A DNA stretch of 33,240 nt, from the IMG/VR virus record IMGVR_UViG_2551306674_000008; one strand, written 5' to 3'. Position 1 is the first letter of the stretch. Every line of letters starts with the position of its first letter. The notes beneath the pieces are model-generated. The model saw only the letters and a list, made by a program, of their open reading frames with translations, was not told the DNA's origin and made no database searches. The position numbers were made by a program, and so were the translations under genes. The stretch comes from a virus. Lineage: Duplodnaviria > Heunggongvirae > Uroviricota > Caudoviricetes. Shown here in pieces: positions 1 through 7,866 of the stretch.

Positions 1-318
1 ATGAAAAAGATAGCTGCTATATCATTAATTAGTATTTTTATTGTGTCTGGTTGTGCTGTGCATAATGATGAGACAAGTATCGGTAAATTTGGTCTTGCAT
101 ATAAAAGTAATATTCAGCGTAAACTCGATAACCAATACTACACCGAAGCCGAAGCTTCTTTAGCCAGGGGCAGAATATCTGGTGCAGAAAATATAGTAAA
201 AAATGATGCAGCCCATTTCTGTGTTACTCAGGGCAAAAAAATGCAGATAGTTGACCTGAAGACAGAAGGTGCAGGATTACATGGCGTCGCTCGTCTGACA
301 TTCAAATGTGGAGAGTGA
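1..318 (+). CDS. yegR: small host lipoprotein-like protein (105 aa), left chromosomal flank
   Basis: ATG at 1, 105 aa; N-terminal hydrophobic signal segment ending in a lipobox-like VSGC; recognised from memory as E. coli YegR, which neighbours yegQ and the cryptic P2 remnant in K-12. Confidence 0.6.
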   Translation: MKKIAAISLISIFIVSGCAVHNDETSIGKFGLAYKSNIQRKLDNQYYTEAEASLARGRISGAENIVKNDAAHFCVTQGKKMQIVDLKTEGAGLHGVARLTFKCGE

Positions 319-476
319 GAATATTTTTTGGTAAGCGTCAAACATGCGCGTTCTGGTTGTGCTTAGCCGGAACCTGTGCGAGCACGATGCCGTTACGTGA
401 AAGGCATCGTGCTATGAAGGGAGATTCTATCGATGTGGTCAATGGAAGACGGTGACCAGGGATAGGGCTTATGCAT

Positions 477-503
477 AAAAAATAAGCCCGTGTAAGGGAG
501 ATT
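477..503. repeat. attL core, AAAAAATAAGCCCGTGTAAGGGAGATT
   Basis: Exact 27-bp copy of the sequence at 31708-31734 (28 bp if the preceding T is included); matches the P2 att core as I remember it. Confidence 0.85.
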
Positions 504-582
504 TAGGGTGTCACCAGTAGGGGCTTTCAACGGTACAATGCGGGTTTGAGCGGCATAAATTACCACTGAAAGCCCTTAAACG

Positions 583-1596
583 TTACTCTACTGTGGACAC
601 TGTGTGGACACTCTCGGCCTCAGTACCACCTCTTAGCGGATTAAGAGAAATGGCGTCCTGAAGGTACTCTGGCGCAAAATGAGCGTAAACCATAGTTTGT
701 TCAATCCGCGTGTGACCTAGTATCCGTTGTAGCGTGATAATACTTCCTCCATTAATCATGAAATGAGTGGCAAAGCTGTGCCTTAGTGCATGTGTGGCTT
801 GCCCCATTGGCAAATCCGGTTTTATTGCTTTCATTGTTCGTCTGAAGCGAGGGTAATCAGCATCAGGGAATAAAAAACCTCGTTTGTTATCCGCGATCAT
901 TTTGGCAACAGCCTCTGAGATCGGGACGGTGCGTGGTTTGTTTGTTTTCGTTTTAACAAACGTGACGCGGTTATGGATGATATTTTCTGCTTTCAAACGA
1001 GCTGCTTCTCCCCAACGTGCTCCAGTACTCAGGCAAAGAATCGCAATCTTTTTATTGTCGCCGTCAAGAGCAGCAAGCAGTAAGGCAATTTCTTCCTGCG
1101 TGAGATAGCCTGTGTTTGGTTTTTCCTCCTTAAGCCTTTTTGTCCCTCTGATAGGGTGCTCACCAAAGAATAACTCCGCTTCAATCAGGGCTGTAAACAT
1201 GCCGCTAATACATGTTAAATCACGATTGATACTCGAAGGTTTAATACCCTGACTTCTTCGGGTGGCGCAGTACTGGCTGATAAGCGATTTCGTAATTTGA
1301 AATGCGCATGGGTCATTCGTTATTTTTGTGAAGATTTCAATTTTTCCAAGATTAGATTTCCCATGCTCTTCGTGTTTACCCTTTAAATCCCACCAGATCT
1401 GTGTCAGCTCCGACAGACGTCGCTTGTCTGTTGGTTTTGATAGCCATTCTTTATTGTGGTGGTTGTACAACGTGTATTTCTCGAAAGCGACAGCTTCGCT
1501 TTTCTTATCAAACTTCCTACGGATGCGTTTTCCATTACGTCCAGTAGGGCGGATGTCCACTTCATATCGACCATCATCGAGTTTTTTGATTGCCAT
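583..1596 (-). CDS. int: tyrosine site-specific integrase (P2 Int-like, 337 aa)
   Basis: 337 aa, same length as P2 Int; C-terminal catalytic region with R...HxxR...Y-type residues (ALRHSFATHF, LGHTRIEQTMVYAH); lies immediately inside attL. Confidence 0.9.
   Translation of the reverse strand: MAIKKLDDGRYEVDIRPTGRNGKRIRRKFDKKSEAVAFEKYTLYNHHNKEWLSKPTDKRRLSELTQIWWDLKGKHEEHGKSNLGKIEIFTKITNDPCAFQITKSLISQYCATRRSQGIKPSSINRDLTCISGMFTALIEAELFFGEHPIRGTKRLKEEKPNTGYLTQEEIALLLAALDGDNKKIAILCLSTGARWGEAARLKAENIIHNRVTFVKTKTNKPRTVPISEAVAKMIADNKRGFLFPDADYPRFRRTMKAIKPDLPMGQATHALRHSFATHFMINGGSIITLQRILGHTRIEQTMVYAHFAPEYLQDAISLNPLRGGTEAESVHTVSTVE
592..610. promoter_or_regulatory. Candidate Int arm-type sites in the P' arm: two direct TGTGGACA repeats 11 bp apart
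   Basis: TGTGGACA at about 592-599 and 603-610, inside the 3' end of int; the same motif pair with the same spacing recurs in the opposite arm at 31649-31667. Confidence 0.45.
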
Positions 1597-1711
1597 CAGA
1601 AAACCCTCCGAGTGGTGTGTTTTTTGGCGACTACTAATCGCTTTTTTCGTGGTGGCTGAAATTTAGCCACCAATAGTAGGCACTTGTGATGAATATATTC
1701 ACGATGAATTG

Positions 1712-2011
1712 TTAACCAGTCTTTTGACCGGAGTGGGGCGACGTTGTTTCGTTTTGCCCAAAGTGTGCGAGAGCGGGCGCAATTTGCCCGGACTCAGGAG
1801 CGATCTGATTGGTCATGAACCATAAAGTGTATTTGGTGAATTGTGGGGTCTGCAGGATGTTCATCATGACATCTGTTGGAGGTGTTGAACGACCACTTTC
1901 ATAGTAACTCAGCGTGCCATACGGAACCCCTGTTAAATCAGCAAGTTGTTGTCTGCTCAAATACTCTGATTTTCGCATTAAGACTATCTTCTCGCTTATC
2001 GTGTTTGACAT
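1712..2011 (-). CDS. C: immunity repressor C (99 aa)
   Basis: 99 aa as in P2 C; divergent from cox; HTH-like segment LSRQQLADLTGVPYGTLSYYESG. Confidence 0.85.
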   Translation of the reverse strand: MSNTISEKIVLMRKSEYLSRQQLADLTGVPYGTLSYYESGRSTPPTDVMMNILQTPQFTKYTLWFMTNQIAPESGQIAPALAHFGQNETTSPHSGQKTG

Positions 2012-2125
2012 GGTGTTTAGATCTCAATAGTATTTAGTTTAGATGTAGATTGTTTAGTGCTTGGATGTGTGCACTAAAAGGCATTATAAGGCATTAAACG
2101 CAATTCATGAGGGCTGGAGGACGAC
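2012..2125. promoter_or_regulatory. C/cox divergent promoter-operator region (Pe/Pc switch)
   Basis: Direct repeats GTTTAGAT at about 2015-2022 and 2037-2044 (about 22 bp centre to centre) flanking a -10-like TAGTAT; second direct repeat GGCATTA at about 2080-2086 and 2090-2096; GGAGG RBS at 2114-2118 before cox. Confidence 0.55.
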
Positions 2126-2401
2126 ATGAGCAAGCAAGTAACACTCATGACTGATGCGATTCCTTATCAGGAGTTCGCAAAACTAATAGGAAAATCGACA
2201 GGAGCGGTTCGTCGGATGATCGATAAAGGAAAGCTGCCTGTAATTGATATGACCGATCCACAATCAGCTTCAGGTCGTGCAGGTGAATATTGGGTATACC
2301 TTCCGGCATGGAATAACGGACTAAAACTGGCTTATGAAAGCCGCCCTAAAGAGATTCGTGACGGCTGGTTGATGTGGTTAGGTCTCGGTGAACCACGTTA
2401 A
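2126..2401 (+). CDS. cox: Cox excisionase / repressor of Pc (91 aa)
   Basis: 91 aa as in P2 Cox; position directly after the operator and divergent from C; GGAGG RBS. Confidence 0.85.
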   Translation: MSKQVTLMTDAIPYQEFAKLIGKSTGAVRRMIDKGKLPVIDMTDPQSASGRAGEYWVYLPAWNNGLKLAYESRPKEIRDGWLMWLGLGEPR

Positions 2402-2411
2402 GGAGAACCGT

Positions 2412-2582
2412 ATGAATGAACCTCGTTGTATTGCTCAGTTACTGCGTAACGAAAGCCCCAGGGCGATTGACTTCACCATCACCCACGGTAAGGGGCGTAA
2501 GGGAATCATTATCCGCACCAAAAAACAGAGTCCGTTAAAAAAGGCTCTGACCTTTCTGAAAAGCCGGAGGGTATGGAAATGA
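2412..2582 (+). CDS. small early protein (56 aa), P2 orf78-like
   Basis: ATG at 2412 preceded by AGGAG at 2401-2405; the track ORF 2388-2582 trimmed to this start; position between cox and B. Confidence 0.6.
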   Translation: MNEPRCIAQLLRNESPRAIDFTITHGKGRKGIIIRTKKQSPLKKALTFLKSRRVWK

Positions 2583-3079
2583 CAGTGATGACGCTCAATC
2601 TCGTTGAAAAACAGCCAGCAACTATGCGCCGGATAATTGGTAAGCATCTGGCCGTCCCTCGCTGGCAGGAGACATGCGATTATTATAATCAGATGATGGA
2701 ACGCGAACGGCTAACGGTTTGCTTTCATGCGCAGTTAAAACAGCGTCACGCAACGATGCGTTTTGAAGAAATGAACGACGTCGAACGTGAACGACTGGTT
2801 TGTGCAATTGATGAATTGCGTGGGGCATTCTCAAAACGCCGTCAGGTTGGCGCAAGTGAGTATGCATATATTAGTTTTTTAACAGTCAGTCAGCGCCGTA
2901 CTTTATTTATGCACGCACGACTGACAGAAAAAGAATTTAACCAGCCATACTGGCGAATTAATGAGGAATCATGTTACTGGCGTGATGCTTTATTCCGTGC
3001 ATTACGTGAATTATTCAGTCTGTTTGAGTATGCACCGACAATTCTGACATCGGTAAAACCAGAGCAATATCTGCATTAA
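2579..3079 (+). CDS. B: replication protein B (helicase-loader-like, 166 aa)
   Basis: ATG at 2579 with GGAGG 7 nt upstream gives 166 aa, the P2 gpB length; position after cox/orf78. Confidence 0.8.
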   Translation: MTVMTLNLVEKQPATMRRIIGKHLAVPRWQETCDYYNQMMERERLTVCFHAQLKQRHATMRFEEMNDVERERLVCAIDELRGAFSKRRQVGASEYAYISFLTVSQRRTLFMHARLTEKEFNQPYWRINEESCYWRDALFRALRELFSLFEYAPTILTSVKPEQYLH

Positions 3080-3142
3080 GTAATTAACCAGAGTTTTTAA
3101 CGCACTTAATTGTGCGGGGCTTCTTTTTGCCTGGAGAAAGTC

Positions 3143-3367
3143 ATGCATACAGTTTCTGAAAATCAGTGCGGTAAATACGCATTACTGCTGCAACAGGCCA
3201 GAACCGAAGCACAGGCCGATGCAGCGACGCGCTTTTCTTCTCATCTTGACGCCATGATTCGCCACATCACAAAGGCGGAGTTATCCCGCGTGGAGATAGT
3301 CGAGCTGCTCAGTCAGGAGTCGGAAAAATTTCACAATATCGGATTGTCTCGCGGGGAGGTGCTTTGA
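3143..3367 (+). CDS. small early protein (P2 orf80-like)
   Basis: ATG at 3143 with GGAGA RBS 5 nt upstream; track ORF 3110-3367 starts on a non-ATG codon. Confidence 0.6.
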   Translation: MHTVSENQCGKYALLLQQARTEAQADAATRFSSHLDAMIRHITKAELSRVEIVELLSQESEKFHNIGLSRGEVL

Positions 3368-3669
3368 TGTCCTGTTCTCGTTCAGTTGTATTACTGAATA
3401 ACGCCTTAAAAATCACCGTTATGAAAAATGGCGATTTATCTCTTATTCAACTTGGTCTTGATAAAGAAAAACGCGAAATAACTGAGTCTGTTATCGCGAT
3501 TTATCAGAACGAATTAAATCTCCTGTCTGATGTGGTCAATTTACTTGTTAAACGCGCTGTATTTCACAAGCAAATCTCCTCCGTGGATGAACTGACGAAA
3601 TTAACGACAGAAATTGCCAGCTATTGCGCTGATGAATTTAAAAAACTTAACGACAAAAGGAGCTGGTAA
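3367..3669 (+). CDS. small early protein (P2 orf81-like)
   Basis: ATG at 3367 overlapping the upstream stop (TGATG); GGGAGG RBS at about 3354-3359. Confidence 0.6.
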   Translation: MSCSRSVVLLNNALKITVMKNGDLSLIQLGLDKEKREITESVIAIYQNELNLLSDVVNLLVKRAVFHKQISSVDELTKLTTEIASYCADEFKKLNDKRSW

Positions 3670-3893
3670 TGCCGGACAACGTAGATTTTATTCAGGAACA
3701 ACAGGCTGAATTACTGGAGCGTCAGATTAACGCGGCAAGGGTAAAACATTGCGGTGCTTCTGCGCTGGTTTGCGAAGAGTGTAACGCGCCAATACCTGCT
3801 GCCCGTCGTGCGGCTTATCCGTCAGCCACGCATTGTGTTTCCTGCCAGTCAGTCTTTGAAGCAAAAAACAAACATTACCGGAGAACGGCATGA
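3669..3893 (+). CDS. TraR/DksA-type C4 zinc-finger protein (P2 orf82-like, 74 aa)
   Basis: Four-cysteine motif CEECN...CVSCQ in a 74-aa protein; start overlaps the upstream stop. Confidence 0.7.
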   Translation: MPDNVDFIQEQQAELLERQINAARVKHCGASALVCEECNAPIPAARRAAYPSATHCVSCQSVFEAKNKHYRRTA

Positions 3894-4165
3894 GTATTCG
3901 TATTGAAATTGGCGAACGTTATGTCGTTACCAGTGACAGCTTTCAGTTTATTCTCCACGAGAAAAAGAGAGCGGAAAGCGGTAAAAACGCCGGTCAGGAA
4001 TGGCTGGCGGTGGTTGGTTATTATCCGAAATTAAGCCAGCTCGTTTCCGGCCTGATGCATCACGATATTCTGACCGGAAGCGCAAAGTCTTTTGCTGATT
4101 TAAACGCGCAGGTTGAGCAACTCAGCAGGCGTTGTTCAGAGGCTTTTGGCTCATATGGCCGTTAA
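3890..4165 (+). CDS. small early protein (P2 orf83-like, 91 aa)
   Basis: ATG at 3890 with GGAGA RBS; translationally coupled to the upstream ORF (ATGA overlap). Confidence 0.6.
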   Translation: MSIRIEIGERYVVTSDSFQFILHEKKRAESGKNAGQEWLAVVGYYPKLSQLVSGLMHHDILTGSAKSFADLNAQVEQLSRRCSEAFGSYGR

Positions 4166-6425
4166 AGCCTCCGGGCGTTTTGTCCCTCCGTCAGCATTTG
4201 CTGCAGGCACCGGTAAGGCGTTTACCGGTGCTTATGCATGGAACGCGCCACGCGAGGCCGTCGGGCGCGAAAGACCCCTTACACGTGACGAGATGCGTCA
4301 GGTGCAAGGTGTTTTATCCACGATTAACCGCCTGCCTTACTTTTTGCGCTCGCTGTTTACTTCACGCTATGACTACATCCGGCGCAATAAAAGCCCGGTG
4401 CACGGGTTTTATTTCCTCACATCCACTTTTCAGCGTCGTTTATGGCCGCGCATTGAGCGTGTGAATCAGCGCCATGAAATGAACACCGACGCGTCGTTGC
4501 TGTTTCTGGCAGAGCGCGACCAGTATGCGCGCCTGCCGGGGATGAATGACAAGGAGCTGAAAAAGTTTGCCGCCCGTATCTCATCACAGCTTTTCATGAT
4601 GTATGAGGAACTCTGCGATGCCTGGGTGGATGCGCATGGCGAGAAAGAATCGCTGTTTACGGATGAGGCGCAGGCTCACCTCTATGGTCATGTTGCTGGC
4701 GCTGCACGTGCTTTCAATATTTCCCCTCTCTACTGGAAAAAATACCGTAAAGGACAGATGACCACGAGGCAGGCATATTCTGCCATTGCCCGTCTGTTTA
4801 ACGATGAGTGGTGGACTCATCAGCTTAAAGGCCAGCGTATGCGCTGGCATGAGGCGTTACTGATTGCTGTCGGGGAGGTGAATAAAGACCGTTCTCCTTA
4901 TGCCAGTAAACATGCCATTCGTGATGAGCGTGCGCGCCGCCAGGCAAATCTGGAATTTCTTAAATCGTGTGACCTTGAAAACAGGGAAACCGGCGAGCGC
5001 ATCGACCTTATCAGTAAGGTGATGGGCAGTATTTCTAATCCTGAAATTCGCCGGATGGAGCTGATGAACACCATTGCCGGTATTGAGCGTTACGCCGCCT
5101 CAGAGGGTGATGTGGGGATGTTTATCACGCTTACCGCGCCGTCAAAGTATCACCCGACACGTCAGGTTGGAAAAGGCGAAAATAAAACCGTCCAGCTTAA
5201 TCACGGCTGGAATGATGAGGCATTTAATCCAAAGGATGCGCAGCGTTATCTCTGCCGTATCTGGAGCCTGATGCGCACGGCATTCAAGGATAATGATTTA
5301 CAGGTCTACGGTTTGCGAGTCGTCGAGCCACACCACGACGGAACGCCGCACTGGCATATGATGCTTTTTTGTAATCCACGCCAGCGTAACCAGATTATCG
5401 AAATCATGCGTCGCTATGCGCTCAAAGAGGATGGCGACGAAAGAGGAGCCGCGCGAAACCGTTTTCAGGCAAAACACCTTAACCGGGGCGGTGCTGCGGG
5501 ATATATCGCGAAATACATTTCAAAAAATATCGACGGCTATGCACTGGATGGTCAGCTCGATAACGATACCGGCAGACCGCTGAAAGATACTGCGGCGGCT
5601 GTTACCGCATGGGCGTCAACGTGGCGCATCCCGCAATTTAAAACGGTTGGACTGCCGACAATGGGGGCTTACCGTGAACTACGCAAATTGCCTCGCGGCG
5701 TCAGTATTGCGGATGAGTTTGACGAACGCGTCGAGGCTGCTCGCGCTGCCGCAGACAGTGGTGATTTTGCGTTGTATATCAGCGCGCAGGGTGGGGCAAA
5801 TGTCCCGCGCGATTGTCAGACTGTCAGGGTTGCCCGTAGCCCGTCGGATGACGTTAACGAGTATGAGGAAGAAGTCGAGAGAGTGGTCGGCATTTACGCG
5901 CCGCATCTCGGCGCGCGTCATATTCATATCACCAGAACGACGGACTGGCGCATTGTGCCGAAAGTTCCGGTCGTTGAGCCTTTGACTTTAAAAAGCGGCA
6001 TCGCCGCGCCTCGGAGTCCTGTCAATAAGTGTGGAAAACTCACCGGTGGTGATACTTTGTTACCGGCTCCCACACCTTCTGAGCACGCCGCAGCAGTGCT
6101 TAATCTGGTTGATGACGGTGTTATCGAATGGAGTGACCCGGAGGTCGTGAGGGCGCTCAGAGGTGCATTAAAACACGGTCGGAGAACGCCAAGTCGTCAG
6201 CAAAGAAACGGAAGCCCGTTAAAACCTCATGAAATTGCACCATCGGCCAGACTGACCCGGTCGGAAAGAATGCAAATTACCCGTATCCGCGTTGATCTTG
6301 CTCAGAACGGTATCAGGCCGCAGCGATGGGAGCTTGAGGCGCTGGCGCGTGGGGCAACTGTAAATTACGACGGGAGAAGCTTCAGTTATCCTGTTATATG
6401 TGATTGGAGAGCGTATGAATTATGA
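4155..6425 (+). CDS. A: replication initiator A (rolling-circle HUH endonuclease)
   Basis: About 756 aa from ATG 4155 (the track ORF starts at a TTG at 4113, 770 aa; P2 gpA is about 761 aa, so the start is uncertain); HUH-like motif PHWHMMLF; position after the B block. Confidence 0.85.
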   Translation: MAVKASGRFVPPSAFAAGTGKAFTGAYAWNAPREAVGRERPLTRDEMRQVQGVLSTINRLPYFLRSLFTSRYDYIRRNKSPVHGFYFLTSTFQRRLWPRIERVNQRHEMNTDASLLFLAERDQYARLPGMNDKELKKFAARISSQLFMMYEELCDAWVDAHGEKESLFTDEAQAHLYGHVAGAARAFNISPLYWKKYRKGQMTTRQAYSAIARLFNDEWWTHQLKGQRMRWHEALLIAVGEVNKDRSPYASKHAIRDERARRQANLEFLKSCDLENRETGERIDLISKVMGSISNPEIRRMELMNTIAGIERYAASEGDVGMFITLTAPSKYHPTRQVGKGENKTVQLNHGWNDEAFNPKDAQRYLCRIWSLMRTAFKDNDLQVYGLRVVEPHHDGTPHWHMMLFCNPRQRNQIIEIMRRYALKEDGDERGAARNRFQAKHLNRGGAAGYIAKYISKNIDGYALDGQLDNDTGRPLKDTAAAVTAWASTWRIPQFKTVGLPTMGAYRELRKLPRGVSIADEFDERVEAARAAADSGDFALYISAQGGANVPRDCQTVRVARSPSDDVNEYEEEVERVVGIYAPHLGARHIHITRTTDWRIVPKVPVVEPLTLKSGIAAPRSPVNKCGKLTGGDTLLPAPTPSEHAAAVLNLVDDGVIEWSDPEVVRALRGALKHGRRTPSRQQRNGSPLKPHEIAPSARLTRSERMQITRIRVDLAQNGIRPQRWELEALARGATVNYDGRSFSYPVICDWRAYEL

Positions 6426-6480
6426 GATTGTGATAAAAAGTAAATAATTAATATAATGCAATTGCTTGACTGTTTTAAAA

Positions 6481-6511
6481 GGGACAACGTAGTTGTGAAC
6501 TATATTGTCCC
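6481..6511. terminator. hairpin between convergent A and endonuclease genes
   Basis: GGGACAA ... TTGTCCC 7-bp stem with an internally structured loop; U-tract follows on the minus strand (TTTTAAAACA) and an AT-rich run on the plus strand. Confidence 0.4.
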
Positions 6512-6518
6512 GGGAGTA

Positions 6519-7574
6519 TTAATTTTTAAATATGGATTGTATGTATTCTATAGTGCTATCTTTAGCTCTGATGTCTTTTAAAGTGTTATTTATGAAATCT
6601 ATTATTCTGTCATTACTTAATAGTGGCGATAACGCATAACATGTTGTTGTGAATGTCATGACGTCACTAAAGCTTAGTGAAACACCTTTTGTCGCAGCGT
6701 TCTCAATCGCAATAGACTCATCAATATCTAAGTTTGTTGCTCTTGGCCCTTTAAGGAAGATAACTTTTGAAATCCCGGATGCAGATGCTTTTGAAACGGC
6801 GTGATTAACATCTTGATAATTAAATGGTTTGTCTTTCACTTCTATAGAAAGGAAAACTATATCATCATGATATACATCTATGTCCAGTATCTCTTTTGAG
6901 GAGCTACCGGCCTGATTGACGGGATGTGCTTTTATTATCCATCCTCTTTGTTCACCTAATAAGTGTAACGAAATTGCGGCAGCAATCGCGCATGTTTCTC
7001 CATCACAAGGATGAGATATAATATTATAAATAATCTTATGGAAATCAAAATTAATTGAGTTCGGCGTTATAACTCTATTGGTTCGCTGTAGGGTAAAATA
7101 TAATGCAATAACAAGCATTTCATAAGCTAAGATTTGGGTTGTTGCTGCATGTAATATATCAATTGAAAGTTGTTGTAAAACCTTATCATTTCCTCTGCGC
7201 ACAGGGTTATCAGAGGAGTGGAGCATGTAACGAGCTGGTTTATTTAGAAATGGCTCATTTGATGCGCCTAACTTACCCTCTAAAAATGGGCCTTCTACTT
7301 TGCCTACTATTACCGAATGACATAAACTTCTTGCATCATAGGCTCCGTCTACGGGGGCATTAGCTTGTAAAGCCAGAGGGTTTACTCTAGGGTCTGTTGC
7401 TTTAGCAAGTAAACCAGTAATAAGTATATATCTGTATGTAAGGTGGGTGCCTAAAATTACATTTTGAATGGAGACCCATTGATTATTTGTTTTGTAATCA
7501 GTTAATTTTTTTGCATCGTTGATTGCATTTATAATTACATTATAGGCTTGCTCATGATTTACTAATACTTTCAT
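6519..7574 (-). CDS. putative Type II restriction endonuclease (351 aa), unknown specificity
   Basis: AT-rich gene immediately downstream of and overlapping an HTH controller gene, divergent from a C5-methyltransferase; candidate PD-(D/E)xK core in YHDDIVFLSIEVKDK; no family assignment possible by eye. Confidence 0.6.
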   Translation of the reverse strand: MKVLVNHEQAYNVIINAINDAKKLTDYKTNNQWVSIQNVILGTHLTYRYILITGLLAKATDPRVNPLALQANAPVDGAYDARSLCHSVIVGKVEGPFLEGKLGASNEPFLNKPARYMLHSSDNPVRRGNDKVLQQLSIDILHAATTQILAYEMLVIALYFTLQRTNRVITPNSINFDFHKIIYNIISHPCDGETCAIAAAISLHLLGEQRGWIIKAHPVNQAGSSSKEILDIDVYHDDIVFLSIEVKDKPFNYQDVNHAVSKASASGISKVIFLKGPRATNLDIDESIAIENAATKGVSLSFSDVMTFTTTCYALSPLLSNDRIIDFINNTLKDIRAKDSTIEYIQSIFKN

Positions 7575-7866
7575 AGGTGTCCTTTAGTAAGATATCCATT
7601 GGTAGACCTAATCGGCTTGCAACCACCTCTAATAATTCAAATAGTTCTAAAGCATCTAATCGCCTTTCAAAGCTTTCGATTTTAGATATATCTGATTGTG
7701 ATAATCCTAGAAAAATGGCCAATTCTGACTGCGAAAGAGAAGCTTCTTTGCGTAGTTTGGTGAGAAGCTGGACTAGGCACCTGTATCTATGATCATGTAT
7801 AGTTGGTTGTCGTTTTGCCATGTGGTTTAGAAGGTGATTGATTGTGTGTCGATCCTTACCTATCAT
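7552..7866 (-). CDS. XRE-family HTH regulator, probable R-M controller (C) protein
   Basis: HTH segment LSQSELAIFLGLSQSDISKIE; overlaps the start of the downstream endonuclease gene by 23 bp, the classic C-R arrangement; no SD before either candidate start (alternative ATG at 7821), consistent with leaderless C transcripts. Confidence 0.6.
   Translation of the reverse strand: MIGKDRHTINHLLNHMAKRQPTIHDHRYRCLVQLLTKLRKEASLSQSELAIFLGLSQSDISKIESFERRLDALELFELLEVVASRLGLPMDILLKDTYESISKS

Noticed and set aside
320-582. tRNA or tmRNA gene as the integration target
   Set aside because: No cloverleaf-like sequence in either flank; the att core matches the intergenic P2 core rather than a tRNA 3' end.
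4132-4464. 110-aa ORF overlapping the start of A in another frame
   Set aside because: Fully embedded in the A coding frame, no RBS, arginine/cysteine-rich translation.
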